In this document: piece by piece, positions 53,804 through 64,000 of the stretch
Layout: every line of letters starts with the position of its first letter
How positions within the stretch are numbered: position 1 is the first letter of the stretch
Source: Eledone cirrhosa
Lineage: Eukaryota
NCBI GenBank assembly: GCA_964016885.1
Contig: OZ024744.1
Coordinates: 136,435,334 to 136,499,333 of the forward strand
Reading direction: 5' to 3'
Length of the DNA: 64,000 nucleotides
Position numbers and translations under genes: made by a program
The notes under the pieces: model-generated
Told to the model about the DNA's origin: nothing
Databases searched by the model: none
What the model saw: the letters and a program-made list of their open reading frames with translations, nothing else

Positions 53804-54638
53804 TAGGGTAAGAATAACTAGGGTAAGAACGGGATGGAAGAAGTTTAGGGAACTACTACCACTGCTAGCTGCAAAAGGCTTCTCCCTCAGAATGAAAGGC
53901 AGACTGTATGATGCGTGTATCCGAACAGCGATGCTGCATGGTAGTGAGACCTGGGCGCTGAAGGTGGAAGACTTACGTAGATTAGAGAGAAACGAAGCCT
54001 GCATGCTCCGATGGATGTGTAACAGTAATATACGTGAACGACAAAGCATAAATGAATTGAGAGAGAGACTGAGCATAAGAGGAATCAAATGCTGCGTGCA
54101 GGAGAGGCGGTTACGCTGGTATGGACATGTGATGCGTATGAAGGATGACAGCTGCATAAAAAGGTGCAGAGCACTAGAAGTTGATGGAAACCGCGGAGTG
54201 GGGAGACCCAAGATGACTTGGGATGAGGTGATAAAAGCCGACCTTACCCAACTACACCTCTCAAAGTCAATGACACACGACCGTGACTTCTGGCGTCACG
54301 CAGTAATACAGGGTACCCGACCTCCCATGGGTACATGCTGAAGCATATAAACGATATGCCCCCCCCCCCACCGCAAGGTGGTCGTGGAGGTGCCACGGCA
54401 AAAAAGCACCCAGCCCACACTGTAAAGTGGACGTGTAGGCGCCACGAAAAAGCACCCAGCACTCACTGTAAATGAGGTTGGTGTTAGGAAGGGCATCCAG
54501 CTGTAGAAATCAAGCCAGATCAGTTCCTGTATGAGCAAGGCATGGTCAGCCGACCAGACACTGCCCACAACAGGACAACCCGTCTAACCCATGCTAGCGT
54601 GGAAGAACGGACGTAAAACGGTGATGATGATGTGATGA

Positions 54639-54642
<4 letters not shown>
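53804..54642 (+). mobile_element. 5'-truncated RTE-clade LINE (ORF C-terminus, 3' UTR, (GAT)n tail) inserted in a TA run
   Basis: GWKKFRELLPLL...KGRLYDACIRTAMLHGSETW...RRLRWYGHVMR...GRPKMTW, ending in GATGATGAT. Confidence 0.9.
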
Positions 54643-54683
<41 letters not shown>

Positions 54684-54936
54684 TAAGTAATTAATACCGT
54701 ATAAATGGTACAAAGACTGTTTATGTAAAATGTATTTCTCAACAGAGCATTGAATACTTAGGAGAAATTCAAAACGAAGAGTGATAAAATTTTCAAGCAA
54801 AGAGTTTAATTAGGTAATGACTTACAAATTTGTTTCAGTATATAGACAAAGCCTGAAGCGTTAATTATAATAATTAGTTAATAATATTACAAAATATACC
54901 TAATTAAACTCTTTGCTTGAAATTTTATCATTCTTC

Positions 54937-55025
<89 letters not shown>

Positions 55026-57156
55026 TCTAGTCCTTCGCTCAAGATTAATCTATAAGTTTAGATGTTTGCCTTCGTTTAAGTAAATATTACAGTAAGATTT
55101 TTAATATAAACAACTACAAAAAACAATTAATATTAAAACGAAAAAATTATCAATGATAAAAGAAGCGGATGCAACTTTTTTTTTTATAAAGTTATATTCC
55201 TGTTTCTTTAAAGAACATTTCATTTTTGTTCTATTGTAGGCGAAATAATGCAATGGTTTAATAGGGAAGATATAACTTACGAATTATGTCTCTAACCGTG
55301 TAACGCTTTTTAAGTAGATAACTACAATTGAAAATACTAAAGAAATGGAACCAACAATTCAATTTGAAAGTCGTCTAGTGACAGTGTATTACTGGTACTT
55401 TATTTTATCGACCCCGTAACGATGAAAGGCAAAAATGCAAATGCTTAAAATTTAAATTGCCTTAATTCTATCGTCTGCTGTTTCATTAAAGGGAGATTCT
55501 CGTCTGTATTTAATTCTATCGTCTACTGTTCCACTAAACAGATATACCTCCACTATCGTCTCTATTTATACATTTTAACTTATAACTTATACACATTTGA
55601 TTTGAAATATTTTATCTAGTCCCCCCTCTCAATATTATGATGATTTCTTTCGAATGAAACAGTTCTAGTCCTGTAGAAGCCATTTATATATATAATTGAA
55701 CTGAGTTAAAAATTCACAATATTTATAATTAAATAAGCTCATATATATATGTGTGTATTTATCTGTTTATTGTATTATATATAATGTGTGTATATACAGG
55801 ATGTCCCCCAAAAATATATACACACTTCAACAGCATTCTAATAACTATTGCCTGTACAGGTAATCAAAGTGTCAATCGAATGTTAGTTTCGTGTTTTAAC
55901 AGTACAAATTTACAATACACACATAACACCAGTGTATATACATACATGAGTGTGTATACACATACATGAATGTGTATATACAATATATATGTATATATAT
56001 ATATATAGACACATATATTCACGGTGCAACGGTACATTAAAATATAGATGCGGGAGAGGGGGGGTGTATATATAGGGGCGCTGGGGATAAAGGAGTGTAA
56101 AGCGTGTGTAATTGATATATTGAAGGAGAGGAGCGTGCAGCGACAGAGTAACAAATATATAGAGAGGGGGAGAGATGGTATTGAAGGGGAGGAGTGCAAA
56201 GCGAAAGAGTAAGAGATATAAATAGAGACGGAACAGATAGAGAGAAACAGGCGTAAGTAACAGTGGAAGAGATATAGAGAGAGGTACTCTGATTGGTTGA
56301 AAATTAGCCAATGACATACGATCACCACCACGGCTATCCCCGAAAATTTTTTAGATAAGCTAGGCATATATGTTAGAACACGAAAAGTGAACATTCTGTT
56401 GTTTCACACTTTTCGTGTTCTAACAGATGAGCTTATTTAATTATAAATATTGTGAATTTTTAACTCAGTTCAATTATATATATAAATGGCTTCTACAGGA
56501 CTAGAACTGTTTCATTCGAAAGAAATCATCATAATATTGAGAGGGGGGACTAGATAAAATATTTCAAATCAAATGTGTATAAGTTATAAGTTAAAATGTA
56601 TAAATAGAGACGATAGTGGAGGTATATCTGTTTAGTGGAACAGTAGACGATAGAATTAAATACAGACGAGAATCTCCCTTTAATGAAACAGCAGACGATA
56701 GAATTAAGGCAATTTAAATTTTAAGCATTTGCATTTTTGCCTTTCATCGTTACGGGGTCGATAAAATAAAGTACCAGTAATACACTGTCACTAGACGACT
56801 TTCAAATTGAATTGTTGGTTCCATTTCTTTAGTATTTTCAATTGTAGTTATCTACTTAAAAAGCGTTACACGGTTAGAGACATAATTCGTAAGTTATATC
56901 TTCCCTATTAAACCATTGCATTATTTCGCCTACAATAGAACAAAAATGAAATGTTCTTTAAAGAAACAGGAATATAACTTTATAAAAAAAAAAGTTGCAT
57001 CCGCTTCTTTTATCATTGATAATTTTTTCGTTTTAATATTAATTGTTTTTTGTAGTTGTTTATATTAAAAATCTTACTGTAATATTTACTTAAACGAAGG
57101 CAAACATCTAAACTTATAGATTAATCTTGAGCGAAGGACTAGATAAATCTCTCTCC

Positions 57157-57191
<35 letters not shown>

Positions 57192-59264
57192 AACGAAGAA
57201 TGATAAAATTTCAAGCAAAGAGTTTAATTAGGTATATTTTGTAATATTATTAACTAATTATTATAATTAACGCGCATATTTTGCTATCCTCAAACACGTT
57301 TACACATGGCATGAAATATAACTAATCCGAGATGGCTAGGTTTCATCTTCTAACTGGATATACGAAATCCATTATGTCTTGACAACAACATGAGGTAACA
57401 TTATGTTATTCACAGACACACTTTGTACACTGTTCCATATCAGAATGTATTTCCTTCGTCACATTCACAAACAGTATTGAAAATATGTTCTTCGGCAAAT
57501 AAAAATGTTTTGTTCATAATATTTCAACTAGCGATTGCTCTACTCCACGCACGACCACCATAAATTAATGACCAGCTCAACACAAGTATTGGTAGAGCGT
57601 CAGACACCATGCTTTGCAGTATTGTTATGGTCCTTTGCATTCTAAGTTCAAATCCTGCCGAGGTTAACTTCGACTTTCATACTTACTAATTCGATAAAAT
57701 AAAGTACCAGTAATGGACTGCCGTAATGGATTTGTGCCGAAAAATAGAAACACTATTAATGTGCAATAAGAGCAAAATATAACGACATTGCTCAATTATT
57801 TTATCTAATGTTGTAATAACACAAGGAAATGTTGTTTGTGTATTTTTTTTTATATTTGCTCATAGGCTTTTACAATTTCGCTCAGCCAACAACTATTAAA
57901 AAGTGAGTTGCTTAAGATAACAATTTAATCACAAATTGTTGCTATCTTTTAATACACTCCAACAAGTCATCAAATTATGTACAATAAAAACAAATCTTAT
58001 TAATTTGCTCAGGGAATATAAAGAAAATGTATATACACTGATAATTGCAAATGTATGTAAATATTTTGTTTTTGTATTGTATATTTTATGTTTTCTATTA
58101 TGTATAATATATTGATTTAATATTGATTGTTTTTTGTAGTTGTTTATATTAAAAGTCTGAAAATATTTTTATACATCTTACACTAATATTTATAAGATAA
58201 TTTATAATAACAATTACATAATCTAATTACATTACAACGATAATTTATTATTAATATATATCCTGTTTAACTAGAGTTATTACAAGCGTTGCCTTAAAAA
58301 AATATTAAACTAGACATGAAAAATGCGCAAGCTCAAAAGTGCCACAGAATGTTATAATAAACCTTCAAAAGTGTGGGACTAGAGTTGTTGCTAAAAAATA
58401 TTGTAATCATTATATATCGTACATTCTGTGGCATCCTTTATAAAAATAGCTTAAACCAACGAAGCCTTTATTTTTACGCTATTTCACTTAGTTAATTCTT
58501 AGAGTGTAACATATAAAACTAAATACATCTATGTTTAATGTAATAACAGCTATAAATAATTACGTAATATTATTATCATATACTCATAGTAACAAAATAA
58601 TTGTGTTGAAACTTAATATGATGCTTATATGAACGATCAAATCTATAATGATAATTTCTTAAATATACTAATAGTAAAATAATTTAGTTATCTATTGTTA
58701 CATTTTCATAGAACTATAATATTAACAATCGTATTGCATTATCAAATTTTTATCACTACAAACTTTCATATTGGAATTACCTTAAGCCACTTATTATTAC
58801 TTCGCTTTCGTACTTTTACAGCTGTAGATATTGCGCTGTATCTTATATCTAATATCAATATCTCATGGTAATTTGCATGAAGTGTAAAATAGGTTTATTA
58901 ATAACTTTAATATGAAATGTATTATACAGGGCTGCGGAGTCGGTCAAAAATTGACTGGCTCCAACTCAGGATCCGATACTCCATTATTTCCTAAATTTCA
59001 GCTCCGCAGCTCTGTTATTATATTAATTAATTTATTTTATAGTTGTAAATCATATTTTTATATGTTACACTCTAAGAATTAACTAAGTGAAATAGCGTAA
59101 AAATAAAGGCTTCGTTGGTTTAAGCTATTTTTATAAAGGATGCCACAGAATGTACGATATATAATGATTACAATATTTTTTAGCAACAACTCTAGTCCCA
59201 CACTTTTGAAGGTTTATTATAACATTCTGTGGCACTTTTGAGCTTGCGCATTTTTCATGTCTAG

Positions 59265-59420
59265 TTAATAATTGTTTCTATGTTTGGCTCAAGGCCAGCA
59301 ATTACCCAGTACATTACTGGTACTTTATTTTGGAAGTATTAATAATTGTTTCTACGTTTGGCTGAAGGCCAGCAATAACCCAGTACATTACTGGTACTTT
59401 ATTTTGGAAGTATTAATAAT
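59265..59420. repeat. 74-bp SINE-derived tandem repeat (first unit at ~48930-49000), the target of the B insertion
   Basis: TTAATAATTGTTTCTATGTTTGG...CAGTACATTACTGGTACTTTATTTTGGAAGTA, matching the SINE 3' part at 34136-34200. Confidence 0.85.
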
Positions 59421-59591
59421 GGTGGAGGTAGTCATCATGACCATCAGGCAGCCTCAGTCGACTCGACAATTGATCCCCTCGTGGGTCTGTCATTCATTGC
59501 TGTTGCCAAAATCCTGGATTTCAATCCCAGAATCTCTGGAGATGACATCGGGGTAGGAGACCTTGCGCCCCCTGTTATTAGTAACACTTAT

Positions 59592-60040
59592 GGTGACACA
59601 GCCTCAGAGGTGACCCGGTGGCAGTGGCCAGCAAATCTTACCTTCCTTTTACAGACAACAACAGATATGGGTCGGAGGCTGGCATATCTCCCTCTCAATG
59701 GTGACACAGCCTCAGAGGTGACCCGGTGTCAGTCAACAGCAAATCTTACCCTCCTTTTACAGACAACAACAGATATGGGTCGGAGGCTGGCATATCTCTC
59801 TCTCAATGGTGACACAGCCTCAGAGGTGACCCGGTGTCAGTCAACAGCAAATCTTACCCTCCTTTTACAGACAACAACAGATATGGCTTGGAGGCTGGCA
59901 TATCTCCCTCTCAATGGTGACACAGCCTCAGAGGTGACCTGGTGTCAGTCAACAGCAAATCTTACCCTCCTTTTACAGACAACAACAGATATGGCTTGGA
60001 GGCTGGCATATCTCTCTCTCAATGGTGACACAGCCTCAGA
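59592..60040. repeat. 108-bp tandem repeat, ~4.2 copies
   Basis: Unit begins GGTGACACAGCCTCAGAGGTGACCCGGTG at 59592, 59700, 59808, 59916 and 60024. Confidence 0.93.
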
Positions 60041-60640
60041 TTGAAGCAGGCGAGTGTAAGTGCCATCAAGGTGTTTGGACATATAATGATGATGATGTTT
60101 CTTAGGTCCTGTAATCTATATGTTTTTCTTCTTCTTTTCCTATCTTCCTTCGAAGCATGTGACATGTCTGTATTTATATATGGATATATGTATGTACGGG
60201 AGAGGTGACCCCTTAGCCTGTGTCAAGGCAGAATTCTAGGAGAAGGAAAACTCTGATATAACACCTGCAACCCTCATGGTATCCAATGATGTTGACTTGT
60301 TCTTCTTTTTGGTAAATATCATCTTGGTTAAGAGAGTGGGTCTGGCTTTGTGCAGTGCCTTTGCTCACTATAAAAGCTTCACGGCACAGGCATTGCTTTA
60401 TATCTGGAGATCTCTCTGCACTTGTCGTCACATGGTACCATGGGCCCAGCACTATGTGTCAATAATTGTCACAGGTGTGGAGTGTTGTACCAGAGTTTTC
60501 AAGTTGCTGGGTGGACTAAAAAGTCACACTCGTTCAGCGCATCGGTAGGGGTTCTCCTACATGGATATAAAGTAGTGGCCGTACTCGAAAACGAGTTGGC
60601 AGCCACTGTATGTATGTATGGATGGATGTATGGAGGGATC

Positions 60641-63600
60641 ACCCTTTCTCCTACACTACACCACACCACCACCCTTCCTCCTACACTACACCACACCACC
60701 ACCCTTCCTCCTACACTACACCACACCACCACCCTTCCTCCTGCACTACACCACACCACCACCCTTCCTCCTACACTACACCACACACCACTACCCTTCC
60801 TCCTGCACTACACCACCACCCTTCCTCCTACACTACACCACACCACCACCCTTCCTCCTACACCACACCACTACCCTTCCTCCTACACTACACCACACCA
60901 CCCACCCTTCCTCCTACACCACACCACTACCCTTCCCTCCTACACTACACCACACCACTACCCTTTCCTCCTACACTACACTACACCACACCACCACCCT
61001 TCCTCCTACACTACACCACACCACCACCTTCCTCCTGCACTACACCACACTACCACCCTTCCTCCTACACTACACCACACCCACCACCCTTCCTCCTCCA
61101 CTACACCACACCACCACCCTTCCTCCTACACTACACCACACCACCACCCCTTCCTCCTACACCACACCACCACCTTCCTCCTACACTACACCACACCACT
61201 ACCCTTCCTCCTACACTACACCACACCACTACCCTTCCTCCTACACTACACCACACCACCACCCTCCTACACTACACCCACACCACCACCCTTCCTCCTA
61301 CACTACACCACCACCCTTCCTCCTACACCACACCACCACCCTTCCTCCTACACTACACCACACCACCACCCTTCCTCCTACACTACACCACACCACCACC
61401 CTTCCTTCTACACCACACACCACCACCCTTCCTTCTACACTACACCACACCACCAGCCTTCCTCCTACACTACACCACACCACCACCCTTCCTCCTACAC
61501 TACACCACACCACCACCCTTCCTCCTACACTATACCACACCACCACCCTTCCTCCTACACTACACCACACCACCACCCTTCCTCCTGCACTACACCACAC
61601 CACCACCCTTCCTCCTACACCACACCACTACCTTCCTCCTACACTATACCACACCACCACCCTTCCTCCTACACTACACCACACCACCACCCTTCCTCCT
61701 GCACTACACCACACCACCCACCCTTCCTCCTACACCACACCACACCACCACCCCTTCCTCCTACACTACACCACACCACCACCCCTCCTACACTACACCA
61801 CACCACCACCCTTCCTCCTACACTACACCACACCACCACCCCTTCCTCCCTACACTACACCCACACCACTACCTTCCTCCTACACTACACCACACCACCA
61901 CCCTGCCTCCTACACTACACCACACCACTACCTTCCTCCTACACTACACCACACCACCACCCTTCCTCCTGCACTACACCACACCACTACCCTTCCTCCT
62001 GCACTACACCACAACCACCACCCTTCCCTCCTACACTACACCACACCACTACCTTTCCTCCTACACTACACCACACCACCCACCCCTCCTACACTACACC
62101 ACACCACCACCCTTCCTCCTACACTACACCACACCACCACACCCTTCCTCCTGCACTACACCACACCACCACCCTTCCTCCTACACTACACCACACCACC
62201 ACCCTCCTACACTACACCCACACCACCACCCTCCCTCCTACACTACACCACACCACCACCCTTCCTCCTACACTACACCACACCACCTTCCTCCTGCACT
62301 ACACCACACCACCTCTTCCTCCTACACTACATCACACCACCACCCTTCCTCCTACACTACACCACCACCCTTCCTCCTACACTACACCACACCACCCACC
62401 CTTCCTCCTACACTACACCACACCACCACCCCTCTTACACTACACCCACACCACTGCCCTTCCTCCTACACTACACCACACCACCACCCTTCCTCCTGCA
62501 CTACACCACACCACTACCCTTCCTCCTACACTACACCACACCACCACCCTTCCTCCTACACTACACCACACCACCACCCTTCCTCCTACACTACACCACA
62601 CCACCACCCTTCCTGCTACACTACACCACACCACCCACCCTTTCCTCCTACACTACACCACACCACCACCCTTCCTCCTACACTACACCACACCACCACC
62701 CTTCCTTCTACACTACACCACACACCACCACCTTCCTCCTGCACTACACCACACACCACCTTCCTCCTACACTACACCACACCACTACCCTTCCTCCTAC
62801 ACTACACCACACCACCACCCTTTCCTCCTACACTACACCACACCACCACCCTTCCTCCTACACTACACCACACCACCACACTTCCTGCTACACTAGACCA
62901 CACACCACCACCCTTCCTCCTACACTACACCACACCACTACCCCTTCCTCCTGCACTACACACCACACACCACACCCTTCCTCCTACACTACACCACACC
63001 ACCACCCTTCCTCCTACACTACACCACACCACTACCCTTCCTCCTGCACTACACACACACCACCACCCTTCCTCCTACACTACACCACACCACCACCCTT
63101 CCTGCTACACTACACCACACACCACTACCCTTCCTCCTACACTACACCACACACCACCTCCACCCTTCCTCCTACACTACACCACACCACCACCCCTTCC
63201 TCCTACACTACACCACACCACCACCCTTCTGCACTACAACACACACCACCCCTTCCTCCTACACTACACCACACCACACCACCCTTCCTCCTACACTACA
63301 CCACACCACCCTCTCCTCCTACACTACACCACACCCACCACCCTTCCTCCTGCACTACACACACACCACTAACCCTTCCTCCTACACTACACCTACACCA
63401 CCACCCTTCCTCCTACACTACACCACACACCACCACCTCCTCCTGCACTACACCACACCACCACCCTTCCTCCTCCTACACTACACCACACCACCACCCT
63501 CCTGCACTACACCACACCACCACCCTTCCTCCTACCACCACACCACCACCCTCCTGCACTACACCACACCACCGCACCCTTCCTCCTACACTACACCACA

Positions 63601-64000
63601 CACACCACCCTTCCTCCTACACTACAACCACCACACCACCACCCTTCCCTCCTACACTACACCACACCACCACCCTTCCTCCTACACTACACCACACCAC
63701 CACCACCCTCCTGCACTACACACACACCACCACCCTTCCTCCTACACTACACCACACCACCACCCCTCCTGCACTAACACCACACCACCCGCCCTTCCTC
63801 CTACACTACACAACACACCACCACCCTTCCTCTCCTACACTACACCACACCACCACCCTTCCTCCTACACTACACCACACCACCACACCCTTCCTCCTAC
63901 ACTACACCACACCACCACCCTTCCTCCTACACTACACCACACCACCACCCCTTCCTCCTACACTACACCACACACCACCACCCTTCCTCCTACACTACAC
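60641..64000. repeat. 30-bp C/A-rich minisatellite running off the window
   Basis: Unit ACCCTTCCTCCTACACTACACCACACCACC with many indel variants; almost no G on the + strand. Confidence 0.97.

Larger units (their letters stand above)
49894..56427 (-). mobile_element. Family B Helitron, inner copy (6534 bp) carrying a RepHel fragment and an RTE insertion
   Basis: CTAG at 49894 and TC at 56427. The flanks rejoin as ACACACATATATATA|TGAGCTTATT, as in intact copy 1 apart from TA-run length. No TSD. Confidence 0.92.
49001..59264 (+). mobile_element. Family B Helitron, outer copy with tandem 5' ends (49001 and 49211), split by an inverted inner copy
   Basis: A|TCTGTTAG at 49001 and CTAG|T at 59264. 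The flanks rejoin as GGAAGTA|TTAATAATTG, the junction of the local 74-bp repeat. 49211-49893 plus 56428-59264 equals the reverse complement of copy 1 minus the SINE. Confidence 0.92.

Noticed and set aside
59438-60044. Next Bre1 exon (IRQ...) or a 187-aa repeat protein
   Set aside because: The match is only three residues with no good acceptor; the ORF is explained by the 108-bp repeat.
60422-63372. His/Pro/Thr-rich extensin-like ORFs
   Set aside because: Translation of the 30-bp minisatellite with frequent frameshifting indels.

Overview
Repeat-dense animal genomic DNA. The SINE and RTE families resemble those of octopus/cephalopods (inference). No prokaryotic features are seen. Bases 1-23979 are an 80-bp satellite whose monomer is an excised piece of RTE-LINE coding sequence; a related RTE fragment sits at ~53804-54642. 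Bases 23981-59264 are dominated by nested rolling-circle (Helitron-like) transposons with A|TC...CTRR|T ends and no TSD. Two related families (A and B) share an unusual terminal design: a hairpin right at the 5' TC, and a 3' CTRR that ends a ~180-215-bp inverted-repeat foldback enclosing a 530-760-bp variable spacer. The family A master copy carries a decayed HUH-Rep/Pif1 helicase fused to a USP (C19) deubiquitinase domain. It also holds an apparently intact three-exon SGNH hydrolase gene with 55-57-nt introns and a BACK-like ORF. Family B occurs three times, once inserted into itself in reverse while carrying an 851-aa RepHel N-terminal fragment. Also present: a canonical short Helitron, a decayed L1/Tx1 LINE, SINEs, MITEs, several minisatellites and one host-like BRE1 (RNF20/40) exon. 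All homology calls are by motif recognition by eye, not database searches.
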